A stretch of 64,000 bases of DNA from an uncultured Methanosarcinales archaeon (GCA_964609455.1 CAZSRD010000005.1:4878-68877); one strand, 5' to 3'. Positions 10,093 to 20,288 are shown, counted from the first letter of the stretch. Translations and numbers: made by a program. The notes: generated by a model from the letters alone, not told the origin.

Positions 10093-13023
10093 ATGCTTGT
10101 AATTCTTTCTAGTTTTGCTTATGCAGAGGAGATAATTGAGTTTAGCTCATTACCAGGAATCATAGAGACCAACATTCCTTCTTTTCCGGTAACTGGAAGA
10201 GTTCCTGCTACAACTAAAACTGTTTATATTAATGGAATAAATACCACTTTTTATTCTACTTCAAATTATCGTTTTGATTTCTTCATTGTTGTAGATTTAG
10301 TTGAAGGTATAAACATAATTAACTTGATAGTAATTGATCAAAACGGTTCAGAACAGATTTACTCAAAACAAGTTGAATTTTACACTAATTATTCAACAGA
10401 AGAAAGTGAATTAGTATATGCAAATTCTCAGCCAAGGGATATTGATGGAATAACCTACAATAGCATACTTGTTATTGACACAAAAAGTAATACTTTTATT
10501 GGAGCAATAAAAAATAAGAATGTGCTTGCTATAACTAAAAATGGTTCAGAAATAATATTATCTGATGGAAGCAGGTATTCAACAAAAAATCACAGTTTTA
10601 CTGGAAGGATTTTGCCAAATTTTGATCATATCTGTGATTTGGTTTTCTCAAACCACCAGGATTATTTATACCATAAATATTATCAAATTAACTTAAGTTC
10701 AAATTTAGTTAAAGCAACTTCATTTCCTAGTTTATGCTATTACTCAGATATAACCAGTGACGATGAAGCAATAATAACCTACAATGGTTACATAAACCTT
10801 ACATCTAAATCCATAATATCAAAAGATTATGTTAATGGCCGTATGCCCCTGATGGGTAACCTTAGGGTTGATCCTACAGACAAATATGTATTGCATTCTA
10901 GTTATGGTTCTGCTACAGGAGAGTTGAATGTTTTAGATATAGATACTACCAATATACTTCAAACTGTTGGTGGAGGAGATTATGCTGGAGATATTGTTTT
11001 TTCTCAGGATGGAAGCAAAGCCTATAGCGGTTTCTATGGAAATACTTGGTTTGGTTTTGGCAGGATAGCCATACTGGATATGCTAACCTTGAATCTAGAC
11101 AGCTATTTTGATCTGCAAGGTTCAATATCATTAGCTGTTTCAAAAAATGGAGAGATATATTCTTCTGCATTTTACACGCTAAATGCAGGTAAATACTTAG
11201 GGAAACCTGAGCAAAGAGGAATAATCAAGCTAAAACCAATAAATAATGGGCAAAACCTTCAGATTGACAAGGTTTTTTTTGTTAGCCTTAAAAGCACCCT
11301 TAGTGAACCTTATTATGGTTCAAACAACATATTCTACAAGCCAGGAATTGATAACTATACCTGTAGTTCAGACATTGAATGTGGGTTAGATGGATGGTTA
11401 GGAGCTCCATCTTGCCAGAATGCTAATGTGTATCAGACTTTAGTTTCATATCATTGCACAAATCCTGCAACAGAAAACTCATACTGTTCAAACATAACAG
11501 GATTAACCCTTAAGCAAGAGTGCGCTTTTGGTTGTGATGATGGAACATGCAATAAAAAGCCAGTTAGTACAGGAGCCATAAAAGTTATTGGAAGAAAGTT
11601 ATTTGTTGATGGAGTTGACTTTAAGATAAAAGCAGTTGGCTATGCACCTGTTCCTATTGGATACAGTGGCGATAGTTATGACATAACAGTACATAAAGAG
11701 CTGCGAGACAGGGATTTTCCTCTATTGAGGGCAATGAATACAAACGCTATAAGGACATGGGGAAAGGTTAACAGCATATCTTTCTTAGACGATGCATGGA
11801 ATAATGGAAACAACCCAATTAGGGTGATAATGGGTTATTGGATGGGTCCAGAAAGAGACTACCAAAGCGAAACTATCAGGCAATCCATACTTGATGATTT
11901 TGAGGATTATGTTCAAGCATATAAAGACCACCCTGCTGTGCTCGTTTGGGCAATTGGTAACGAAGAAAATAATTTTTATGGTGGCGGCAATAATGAAAAA
12001 CATGCAGCATACTTTTCTTTGGTTGATGAGATGGCAAAAAAGACATACACCCTTGAAGGTCCATCTTATCATCCTGTTGTTGCAGTTTCCCTTGAAATGC
12101 CAGGACAACTTGCTACTGTTGGAAGTTACGCAGGAGGAAGCGATGATGGCAGCATACAATATGTGGATATTTGGGGGATTAACAATTACCCAATTTATAC
12201 ATTTGGTGATTTTTTTGATAAGTTTGCAGAAAAAACATCTAAGCCATTGCTTATTACAGAGTATGGCATAGATGCATTGAACAATACTAACAAGAATGAG
12301 TATGAAGGCGCTCATGCAGAATGGGTCTTAAACCAATGGGATGAAATATACTCGTCCGATGTTACTATTGGAGGAAGCTTGATGGCCTATTCAGACGAGT
12401 GGTGGAAAGGCAATAATTTTGGTTGTGACAACAGCAACACTCATGGTTATTGCGGTTATACTACAGATTCCCATCCAGATAATTATGCTAACGAAGAATG
12501 GTGGGGCATAATGAGAATAGTAGAAAATGGTGATGATCCAAATATAATGCAGCCAAGACAAGTTTATTATACTTTGATGTCAGCATTTGAGGATAAACAA
12601 CACCAAACCCTAAAACTTAACAATGGCTGGAATCTGGTATCGATAAATTTGAACTTGACAAAAAATATTGCAGATTTCCTGCTTGATAATTTTTTAATAC
12701 TAGGCTATAATGGGTCGTGGTTTTATCCTGAAGAAATAGATGTGAATGATGGTTACTGGATTGATTCTGATTTCAATTTGAAGTTTAATCTTTTTGGAGG
12801 TCAAGTTGAGGATGATATAACTCTACAGGATGGATGGAACCTTATTGGTTATCCAAGCTTAAATGAAACAAACATATCAACTTTTGCAGATGAGATTAAT
12901 GTTACTAATGTGTTTATGTATGAGAATGGCACATGGAAATCATACAAACCAGACAAGCCATCTTACTTAAACACAATTACAAAGGCAAAGCCAGGTTATG
13001 GCTATTGGGTTAAAGTAGAGTAA
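10093..13023 (+). CDS. secreted clan GH-A (TIM-barrel) glycoside hydrolase carrying the shared C-terminal module
   Basis: VLVWAIGNEEN (acid/base, NE-type) and LLITEYGIDA (nucleophile, TEYG-type) are GH-A signatures (GH2/GH5/GH72-like). C-terminus GWNLIGYPSLNET...KPGYGYWVKVE. Confidence 0.7.
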   Translation: MLVILSSFAYAEEIIEFSSLPGIIETNIPSFPVTGRVPATTKTVYINGINTTFYSTSNYRFDFFIVVDLVEGINIINLIVIDQNGSEQIYSKQVEFYTNYSTEESELVYANSQPRDIDGITYNSILVIDTKSNTFIGAIKNKNVLAITKNGSEIILSDGSRYSTKNHSFTGRILPNFDHICDLVFSNHQDYLYHKYYQINLSSNLVKATSFPSLCYYSDITSDDEAIITYNGYINLTSKSIISKDYVNGRMPLMGNLRVDPTDKYVLHSSYGSATGELNVLDIDTTNILQTVGGGDYAGDIVFSQDGSKAYSGFYGNTWFGFGRIAILDMLTLNLDSYFDLQGSISLAVSKNGEIYSSAFYTLNAGKYLGKPEQRGIIKLKPINNGQNLQIDKVFFVSLKSTLSEPYYGSNNIFYKPGIDNYTCSSDIECGLDGWLGAPSCQNANVYQTLVSYHCTNPATENSYCSNITGLTLKQECAFGCDDGTCNKKPVSTGAIKVIGRKLFVDGVDFKIKAVGYAPVPIGYSGDSYDITVHKELRDRDFPLLRAMNTNAIRTWGKVNSISFLDDAWNNGNNPIRVIMGYWMGPERDYQSETIRQSILDDFEDYVQAYKDHPAVLVWAIGNEENNFYGGGNNEKHAAYFSLVDEMAKKTYTLEGPSYHPVVAVSLEMPGQLATVGSYAGGSDDGSIQYVDIWGINNYPIYTFGDFFDKFAEKTSKPLLITEYGIDALNNTNKNEYEGAHAEWVLNQWDEIYSSDVTIGGSLMAYSDEWWKGNNFGCDNSNTHGYCGYTTDSHPDNYANEEWWGIMRIVENGDDPNIMQPRQVYYTLMSAFEDKQHQTLKLNNGWNLVSINLNLTKNIADFLLDNFLILGYNGSWFYPEEIDVNDGYWIDSDFNLKFNLFGGQVEDDITLQDGWNLIGYPSLNETNISTFADEINVTNVFMYENGTWKSYKPDKPSYLNTITKAKPGYGYWVKVE

Positions 13024-13073
13024 GTTTTAAATAGATATGGAAATTTCCCTATAGCCAACGGGGGTGTATTTGA

Positions 13074-13847
13074 ATGAAAAAAATTATTAATATAATTTTA
13101 GTTTTATTAGTTATCTATTCCAGTACAGCTTTAGCTGGTACTTTTCAGCAGGTTGTACAGGGAGCTGGAAATCCTGAAATCACAATACAATCGACTATTA
13201 ATACCGGACAGCAGGTTGTTGGCAAAATTTATTATTGGGCAGGTGACGGATCTGTTATAGAAGCAGAGACTGCAGGAGCAACTATGGGGGCTGTGCCTGT
13301 TATAACTTCAAGTGTGTCAACAAACTTAACTGTGAGGGTTTTATTTTGGAATGTTGATGCATGGCCAGATGAGCAAAAGGATTATTGTCCAATAGATGGG
13401 TATAAATACTATTATTATGATAGTATATGGAAAGAATGGCATTATGGAAAGAATATAATAACCTATGGGGAATTATTTAGTAGAAACATCGAAAGTGTTA
13501 CACTATTTTATGATAGGGATACCCAATTTGGTAATGGAAATGAGGTCGAGATTAAGGATTATAATCCAACAACATCCATTTTTTATGAAGCATGGCAGCA
13601 TGGCAGTGAGGGAGTATATACAGGTTCAAGTGCATGTCGTTCTTATCTAGTTCCAGCTAACTACTCACAATTAGTATTTTTTGGTTCAAAAACATGGACC
13701 TTATCAAATCCATCATTGATTACCCAAGATTCTTTGTTAAATCCAGGTGAAAATATATATTTAGTCATTCGGGCAGATTCTTACGGATACCAAGGTATGA
13801 ATGGCGCATGGATGATGACTTTAGGATTGGATGCTGTAGCTACTTAG
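13074..13847 (+). CDS. secreted hypothetical protein
   Basis: Signal peptide MKKIINIILVLLVIYSSTALAGTF. Same ALAGTF/FAGTF cleavage context as the 14255 protein. Confidence 0.4.
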   Translation: MKKIINIILVLLVIYSSTALAGTFQQVVQGAGNPEITIQSTINTGQQVVGKIYYWAGDGSVIEAETAGATMGAVPVITSSVSTNLTVRVLFWNVDAWPDEQKDYCPIDGYKYYYYDSIWKEWHYGKNIITYGELFSRNIESVTLFYDRDTQFGNGNEVEIKDYNPTTSIFYEAWQHGSEGVYTGSSACRSYLVPANYSQLVFFGSKTWTLSNPSLITQDSLLNPGENIYLVIRADSYGYQGMNGAWMMTLGLDAVAT

Positions 13848-13856
13848 GTGATTTAG

Positions 13857-14258
13857 GTGAGAAAGACAGCTTTAATTATCACTTTATTGGCAATCTTTTT
13901 TCTTTCAATCGTTTGGATTAGTGCAGAAAAAGGACAGGATCTTTTGTATAACCTCTCTGTTGAAGTTAGCAATGTAACCATGCTTAGCCCAACTCCAGAT
14001 TTGAATTTTGGAACTCTAAGGAAAGGCGAATCTGCTACTAAATCTATAACTTTGACAAACCCATTCCTATCTTTTCTTAGCATAAATGCTACATTCGATG
14101 GAGTACCAGAAGAATGGGCAGATGTTAATAGGGATTTTTTCATAGGTCCGTTTATGTCAAAAAAATTTTATATTACAATTTCTATACCAGAAGATTCGAG
14201 TGTAGGAATCTATAAGGGCAATGTCCTAATAAAAGCAAGAAGGAAATTAATAATATGA
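13857..14258 (+). CDS. small secreted or membrane-anchored hypothetical protein, possibly Ig-like fold
   Basis: N-terminal hydrophobic segment. No catalytic motif. Confidence 0.35.
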   Translation: MRKTALIITLLAIFFLSIVWISAEKGQDLLYNLSVEVSNVTMLSPTPDLNFGTLRKGESATKSITLTNPFLSFLSINATFDGVPEEWADVNRDFFIGPFMSKKFYITISIPEDSSVGIYKGNVLIKARRKLII

Positions 14259-16321
14259 ACAAAACAATTTTACTGATAATCATAGCAACAGTTTTGTTAA
14301 GTTCTTACGCTTTTGCAGGTACTTTTAATCAGCAAATCTATGGGCAGCTGGTTAGCTTTGTTAATTGCACAAATTGGATTAAAGATGGTGACGAGACAGA
14401 TATAGATTGCGGGGGTTCCTGTTCAAAGTGCGTTGATGGAAAGAACTGCTTAGTCAACTCTGGATGCTTGAGTAACTATTGCAACTTAAATAAGATATGC
14501 TCTACTCCTAATTGTCTAGATGGTTGGCAAAATCAGGACGAAATAGGAGTTGACTGCGGTGGAAGTTGCCCACCTTGTGTAAGTTGCAATAATAGGATAA
14601 AAGATGGTGATGAGGCGGGTGTTGATTGTGGGGGGAGCTGTTCAGATCCATGTTATGAATGGAGAGTTTTGGCTTTGCCTATAAGTTGGTCAGGCTCACA
14701 TCAGGAATTTGTAGATGATGTAGTCAATCAAATGAATTTTTTTATAAACTCAACCGATTTAGATAACTGCAGGGAAAGAATCTTTGTAGATATATTGGAT
14801 GCAGATGTTCATAATTTTAGGGATTTTTCTTGTTCTTTGAAGAACTGCGGTGTTGGTAGCATAAAGCCTTTTGTTGAAAGATTTGGGATAAACCTTAATC
14901 AATATGACCATATAATCGCATTTACAGATTCTTCGCCTTGCCCACCTTTTGAGGGATGTTCTAATGGGGAGGATGTTGCATGGGTAAGCGTTACTTATGA
15001 AACTGTTGCTGCACATGAAATAGGGCATTTCTATGGATTAGAGGATGAATATTGCAGCAATCAGGCTGGCTCAACACATCCCAACTGCAATGACGGCAAT
15101 GATGGATGGTGGAAAGATGGAAGTTATATCTTTCCAGATGATATAAACTACCTTGGGGCTGATTTGGGGTGTGACCCCCATATTGGCGATTGCTGCTCTG
15201 ATTGCAGTAAAGGAAATGATCCAAATGACCCCAATAATGATTATTTTGCCTGTTGCCATGGGAATATAGTTAATGCTCAGGGGGGTAGGGCAATAATGTC
15301 TTATGCTAATGCTCCTGGACCAAGAGCTTTTGATGATAGGTCTAAAGCTCATTTAAGCACTTTTCCAAAGCTTAGTTGCCCTAATCAAATTCAAGCGACG
15401 CAATTAGCTTCAGTAGTTTCAGATAAAATTATTGATTTGGATTTGTTGATACACAAGAATGATTCTATTTTGAATCAGAGAATAAATTTGGTAGATGGAA
15501 GTCCTTCAATTGTTAATTCAGAGGAAGGAATCTACAGTTTGCTGATAAAAGATGTAAATGGAATTGCCTTATTTAATTACACCTTTGAGCCATTTTTTTA
15601 TTACAATGGCCCTTTTGTTAAAGATGCAAATTATAGCGGAATAAATCTTGACGAGTATGACTTAAGCTTAAGAATAGGATATGATGATGAAATGCGCCAG
15701 CTGGAGTTAAGGAAGAATTCAACTATAATCTTTTCAGAGTTATTAAATTTCTGCAACCAAGATGAGGTATGCAACGGCTCTGAAACATATCTTTCATGCT
15801 GGGATGACTGCAAGTCTTATTCCCAGGATGGCTTATGCCTGAATTATTCTGGAGATGGCTGCGATCCTGATTGTGCTAAAGGTGTTGATTCTGATTGTAT
15901 ATCATTTAATCTCTTTTTTGATGATGATTGGAGCCTGATGTCAATACCTCTGGAGTTGGTGAATAGTTCTATTGCCTACTTGTTTTATGGGTTTAATATA
16001 AGCATTTATGGCTATAAGAATAGTTCATGGTTTGTGCCTGAAGAAATTGATAATAAGTTAGGTTATTGGGTTAAATCAAATGAGTCTAATAATATAACCT
16101 TGATTGGAACTAAGGTTAAGAATGGATTAATTGTTAATGGTCCAGGATGGCAATTAATTGGTTATCCTAACCTTGATGAGTCTTTGGTCAATGAAAGCTC
16201 CTTAAATGAATCGATTGTTTACGCTTATAATGGAACCTGGTCTATGTACAACATAGATAATAGGTTTACTAAACTGGATAAATTTATACCAGGATATGGC
16301 TATTGGGTCAAAGTTGAGTAA
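14255..16321 (+). CDS. secreted M64-like zinc metalloprotease with three N-terminal Cys-rich repeats and the shared C-terminal module
   Basis: HEIGHFYGLEDEY matches the Peptidase_M64 HExxHxxGLxDEY motif. Three repeats of KDGDE..(I/V)DCGGSC..C. C-terminus GWQLIGYPNLDES...IPGYGYWVKVE. Confidence 0.65.
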   Translation: MNKTILLIIIATVLLSSYAFAGTFNQQIYGQLVSFVNCTNWIKDGDETDIDCGGSCSKCVDGKNCLVNSGCLSNYCNLNKICSTPNCLDGWQNQDEIGVDCGGSCPPCVSCNNRIKDGDEAGVDCGGSCSDPCYEWRVLALPISWSGSHQEFVDDVVNQMNFFINSTDLDNCRERIFVDILDADVHNFRDFSCSLKNCGVGSIKPFVERFGINLNQYDHIIAFTDSSPCPPFEGCSNGEDVAWVSVTYETVAAHEIGHFYGLEDEYCSNQAGSTHPNCNDGNDGWWKDGSYIFPDDINYLGADLGCDPHIGDCCSDCSKGNDPNDPNNDYFACCHGNIVNAQGGRAIMSYANAPGPRAFDDRSKAHLSTFPKLSCPNQIQATQLASVVSDKIIDLDLLIHKNDSILNQRINLVDGSPSIVNSEEGIYSLLIKDVNGIALFNYTFEPFFYYNGPFVKDANYSGINLDEYDLSLRIGYDDEMRQLELRKNSTIIFSELLNFCNQDEVCNGSETYLSCWDDCKSYSQDGLCLNYSGDGCDPDCAKGVDSDCISFNLFFDDDWSLMSIPLELVNSSIAYLFYGFNISIYGYKNSSWFVPEEIDNKLGYWVKSNESNNITLIGTKVKNGLIVNGPGWQLIGYPNLDESLVNESSLNESIVYAYNGTWSMYNIDNRFTKLDKFIPGYGYWVKVE

Positions 16322-16353
16322 GATTTATATACTTTCATAGTTCTAAACTTATT

Positions 16354-17121
16354 ATGCCACAACAACCACAGCAACAAATGAGCGAAGAGCAGATTAAGGA
16401 GCTGCAGGAAAAGGTTAAAAATATGTCTCCTGAAGAGCTTAAGGAGTTTCAGAAAAAGCAATGCATCTTCTGCCAAATCATTTCCGGAAAGGTTCAGTCA
16501 AGAAAGGTTTATGAGGATGATAAAAGCATTGCCATAATGGATATTAATCCTGCTAATCCAGGCCATGTTCTTCTTTTGCCAAAGGAGCATTATGCTATAA
16601 TGCCCCAGGTTCCGCCAGATGATCTTGCGCATCTTTTTATTGTTACAAAAACAATTTCTAATGCTTGTTTAAGGGCTTTGCAGGTTCAGGGCACGAATAT
16701 TATTGTGCAGAACGGCATTGCTGCCGGCCAAAAAGCGCAGCACTTTATGATTCATATAATTCCCAGAAAAGAGGATGACGGAATCAATTTTGAACTGCCC
16801 CAGAAGAAAATTTCTGAAAAACAGCTAGACACACTACAGGAGAAGCTTAGGTCTAAGCTAGGCGGTGTTATTGTACCCAATAGTTCGAGCGAAGCTCGAA
16901 CTAAGGAAACTAAGGCAATTGTTCAGCAGCCGGTTAAGCCAAAGGTCGTGGAGGCAGAATTTACCGTACCAAGTTCAGACATAGCCAAAACTAAGGAAGA
17001 AAATAAAGAAACAAAACCAGCTAAGAAAGAGCCTGTGAAAAATGAAGCAGGAAAAAAGAAATCAGCTAAGAAAAATGAAGTAAGCTTGGATGATATTGCT
17101 AATGTTTTAGGTGTGAAATGA
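16354..17121 (+). CDS. HIT-family protein with a degenerate histidine triad and a Lys/Glu-rich C-terminal tail
   Basis: CIFCQIISGKV...NPGHVLLLPKEH...AQHFMIHIIPR. The second His of HxHxH is Met. Confidence 0.7.
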   Translation: MPQQPQQQMSEEQIKELQEKVKNMSPEELKEFQKKQCIFCQIISGKVQSRKVYEDDKSIAIMDINPANPGHVLLLPKEHYAIMPQVPPDDLAHLFIVTKTISNACLRALQVQGTNIIVQNGIAAGQKAQHFMIHIIPRKEDDGINFELPQKKISEKQLDTLQEKLRSKLGGVIVPNSSSEARTKETKAIVQQPVKPKVVEAEFTVPSSDIAKTKEENKETKPAKKEPVKNEAGKKKSAKKNEVSLDDIANVLGVK

Positions 17122-17651
17122 ACGAACAATGCATCATATGCCAGATAATAGATGGAAAAGTTCCATCAAAGAAAATTTATGAAGATGACGAGATAGTTGC
17201 GCTTCTTGATTTTAATGGAGCTAACCCAGGGCATAGTTTTGTAATGCCAAAACAGCACTTTCCAATATTGGAGCAGATACCAGCAAAATTGATTGGCAAA
17301 TTGTTTAATGCCGCTAACAGGGTAAGCTCTGCTATTTTTGAAGCATTAGGCGTCCAGGGCACGAATATTTTTGTTGCAAATGGCATTTCTGCTGGGCAGA
17401 AAGTTGCGCACTTTATGATAAATGTTGTTCCAAGGACGGAGAATGATGGAATAAATATGCAATGGCAGCCAAGGCAGTTAGATGAAGAAGAGATGTCAAC
17501 GATAGAATTGAAGTTAAAAGAGGAGATTGGCAATGTTGGCATTGGAGAAGCGCCAGCTAAAAGCATGCAGCCTAAGAAGGCAGAGCTCATTCCTGAGAAG
17601 ATTTCTGGAGAAGAAAGTTACCTGGTTAAGCAGTTGAGGAGAATTCCTTAA
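17118..17651 (+). CDS. HIT-family paralog with a degenerate histidine triad
   Basis: CIICQIIDGKV...NPGHSFVMPKQH...AHFMINVVPR (H-phi-M-phi-N). Start overlaps the preceding stop (ATGA). Confidence 0.65.
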   Translation: MNEQCIICQIIDGKVPSKKIYEDDEIVALLDFNGANPGHSFVMPKQHFPILEQIPAKLIGKLFNAANRVSSAIFEALGVQGTNIFVANGISAGQKVAHFMINVVPRTENDGINMQWQPRQLDEEEMSTIELKLKEEIGNVGIGEAPAKSMQPKKAELIPEKISGEESYLVKQLRRIP

Positions 17652-18505
17652 AATAGGAATGTTAGCAAGTTTCCAAAAATCAAGGTTAGGATATACGCTA
17701 TCAAAAAGCTAGGGACAAATGGAATTCCTTCTTTGATTAAGATCTTTTTTATTTTAAGTTTTACTAATTGATTTATCTGTTTTTTCTCTATGCCTAAATC
17801 TTTAGGCCCGCAGATATACTTTCCTTTATATTTGATGTCTTTTGCAATCCAGTCACCTTCTGTCAATTTGTTGGTATCTATTTTCTTTAGCATGCATGTC
17901 TTTTCAATGGCTTTTACAAAAATCCATAAATAGAATGTTGCCAATGCCATTACCAACAAAGCCAATAACATAGAGTTGATGAGCCTGTCTTTTGTAAGGA
18001 AGAGTACAACCAGCATTAGCAGGGTGAAAAATATAAGGAAAGTCCTTAGTTTTGCTACTTTTGGCCTCTTGGCTATATTTTTGAATTCTTTTGAGAACTT
18101 TTTCCAGTTTTTAAAAACCAAGGAAATGCTCCATAACAATCCATAAACTGCACCTACTAACAATATATTGATAAGGAAGCTGATTATTAATGGGAAGCTT
18201 GTAAATCTTATATCTAACCCTATCAGAGCTCCTAAGCCCATAAGCACTTTACTATCTCCGCCGCCCCATTGTCCTGTGTAGAACATTACTAATGCAACTA
18301 TAAGGAACAGCACAAATCCTATTATGCTGTTTAGTATAAGCCAATAATCTTGGTATATGACTGAAAATAATAGGTTTAAGCCTAAGCCAATGCCTATTAA
18401 ACCATAGCTCAGCCAATCTGGGACTTCTCTTGTCTTTAAATCTGTAATTGCAGCTATGATCAGTGCAATTAAGGTTATTGCTGTTAATATTAAGAGGTAT
18501 ACCAT
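17648..18505 (-). CDS. type IV prepilin/preflagellin peptidase, A24 family (PibD/FlaK-like)
   Basis: Polytopic membrane protein with the two catalytic Asp contexts: ITDLKTREVPD and GGGDSKVLMGLGA (GGGDxK). Confidence 0.7.
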   Translation of the reverse strand: MVYLLILTAITLIALIIAAITDLKTREVPDWLSYGLIGIGLGLNLLFSVIYQDYWLILNSIIGFVLFLIVALVMFYTGQWGGGDSKVLMGLGALIGLDIRFTSFPLIISFLINILLVGAVYGLLWSISLVFKNWKKFSKEFKNIAKRPKVAKLRTFLIFFTLLMLVVLFLTKDRLINSMLLALLVMALATFYLWIFVKAIEKTCMLKKIDTNKLTEGDWIAKDIKYKGKYICGPKDLGIEKKQINQLVKLKIKKILIKEGIPFVPSFLIAYILTLIFGNLLTFLF

Positions 18506-18583
18506 TATTACAGATTAAAAATGAGAATCTTTATAAACTTAATTATATCCTCTATAAAATATTCGTTTTAGCGGGGGGGCAAG

Positions 18584-19312
18584 ATGTTAGACAAGTTTAA
18601 GGATATTCTGAAAAAGGAAGAGGATATAATACAATTTAAGCTACCCCGGCATATAGCCTTGGTTACAAAAGGAAAAAAGATATATGCAGAGAAGCACAAA
18701 ATATCTATAGAAAAGGTTTATTCCAGGAGTACTTTGATAATAACAAGCACAATTGCGTCTTGTGTTAAGATGGGAGTTCCTATAACCACATTTTATTTAC
18801 TCTCAACACACGCAGAGCAGCTTGAGCATTTCTCGACTATTGTTGATTCTTTAACAGATTTTTTAAATAACCTAGCTGAGAAGGAAATGATCCATAAAAA
18901 TAAGATAAAGGTATCTGTTTTTGGCAAGTGGTATGATCTGCCAGGTAAACTAGTTGATTCAATAAAAAACATCATAGATAAAACAAAAGATTATGACAGC
19001 TATTTTGTAAATTTTTGCGTTAATTATGGCGGCCAGGAGGAAATAGTTGACGCTATCAAGCTGATAGCAAGGCAGGTAAAGGCAGAGAAGATAGATGCTG
19101 AAATGGTAAACAAGGAAATGATAAAAGAGAATATATATTCCTCTTACTTTTTAGCCCCAGACCTGATAATTGTGAATGGCTCGAAGAGAACTTCTGATTT
19201 GCTGTTATGGGACTCACCTAAAGCTAAAGTATATTTCACAAATAAGCTGTGGCCAGATTTTGATAAGAAAGAGCTGATGGATGCTATAAGCGAGTATCAG
19301 AAGAGTGATTGA
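18584..19312 (+). CDS. UppS-like cis-prenyltransferase-family protein with substituted catalytic residues
   Basis: NFCVNYGGQEEIV aligns with the NYGGR motif. RHIALVTKGKKIYA aligns with RHVAIIMDGNGRWA. LWPDFD is conserved at the C-terminus. Confidence 0.7.
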   Translation: MLDKFKDILKKEEDIIQFKLPRHIALVTKGKKIYAEKHKISIEKVYSRSTLIITSTIASCVKMGVPITTFYLLSTHAEQLEHFSTIVDSLTDFLNNLAEKEMIHKNKIKVSVFGKWYDLPGKLVDSIKNIIDKTKDYDSYFVNFCVNYGGQEEIVDAIKLIARQVKAEKIDAEMVNKEMIKENIYSSYFLAPDLIIVNGSKRTSDLLLWDSPKAKVYFTNKLWPDFDKKELMDAISEYQKSD

Positions 19313-19328
19313 TAAATTTTTGAATTAA

Positions 19329-19727
19329 CTATGCATGACGACAGGCTTGTTCAATTCTTTTTTGATGATCCTCCAACTTTTTCCTGCGCATCTCGTCTAA
19401 TGTTGGTTGTAATTCAGGGTATCCTGTTGTGAAAATTTTATATAGATCTCCACCTTTGCAGAAATCTGCTTCAACCCAGACAGCAACAATTCTATGATCT
19501 ACTTTTCTTTGCCTTATTGCTTCCATCGCTTCACCATAAGTCTGCGCACCAATTTCATCCCTAAGATAGACATACATACCAATCATATTGCGATAACTAG
19601 GATCTCCTCTGATGCCCTTGGCACGAATTTGATTCATCTCGGTAAGAAAAGCAATATAATCATTTATATTTGTAGCCCCTATTGGCTCCGAAATTCTCGC
19701 ATGCACCATTTCTACCAAATTAACCAT
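19329..19727 (-). CDS. hypothetical protein
   Basis: 132-aa ORF. No recognisable motif. Confidence 0.3.
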   Translation of the reverse strand: MVNLVEMVHARISEPIGATNINDYIAFLTEMNQIRAKGIRGDPSYRNMIGMYVYLRDEIGAQTYGEAMEAIRQRKVDHRIVAVWVEADFCKGGDLYKIFTTGYPELQPTLDEMRRKKLEDHQKRIEQACRHA

Positions 19728-19878
19728 ATAATCTGGAGTTACAGAGAACCTTTTAAATCTTTGTTCTAGATACTATTTAATGCACGATTTATACAATCTT
19801 CTACTGTTAAGAACCAAAACCCGTTACATTTATAAATAAGCCTTATTTTCTACTATATTACCTATGATTAATGAACCT

Positions 19879-19895
19879 TATATATACTATATATG
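19879..19895 (+). promoter_or_regulatory. TATA-like element (ttatatatactatatat) upstream of the L7Ae operon; an AGGTGA Shine-Dalgarno sits at 19930-19935
   Basis: AT-rich box about 50 bp upstream of the start codon. Several genes here carry GGTG-type ribosome-binding sites. Confidence 0.3.
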
Positions 19896-19942
19896 GGGCG
19901 AATGAGGAAGTGTTCTAATATTCCTCAAATATAAACTAAAAG

Positions 19943-20287
19943 GTGAATAACATGGCAGATGAACCAACAGATAAAATATATGAAGCAATTGAAACAGCTA
20001 AATCTACAGGAAAATTAAGGAGAGGAACAAACGAAGTAACAAAAGCAATAGAGAAGGGAACGGCAAAATTAGTTATTGTTGCTAAAGATGTAAATCCTCC
20101 TGAAATAACAATGCATATTCCATTATTATGCAAAGAAAAAGGAATAACCTGTGTTGAGGTGCCTTCTAAGGAAGAGTTAGGAGCTGCTTCAGGCATAGAA
20201 AAACCTACTGCTTCAGTGGCTATTGTCCAGGAAGGAGAGGCAAAGGGCTTAATAAAAGAAGTAACTGCAAGCGCAAAGAAAGAATAA
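19943..20287 (+). CDS. rpl7ae: ribosomal protein L7Ae
   Basis: KLRRGTNEVTKAIEKGTAKLVIVAKDVNPPEI is the L7Ae/L30e kink-turn binding fold signature. Confidence 0.9.
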   Translation: MNNMADEPTDKIYEAIETAKSTGKLRRGTNEVTKAIEKGTAKLVIVAKDVNPPEITMHIPLLCKEKGITCVEVPSKEELGAASGIEKPTASVAIVQEGEAKGLIKEVTASAKKE

Positions 20288-20288
20288 A

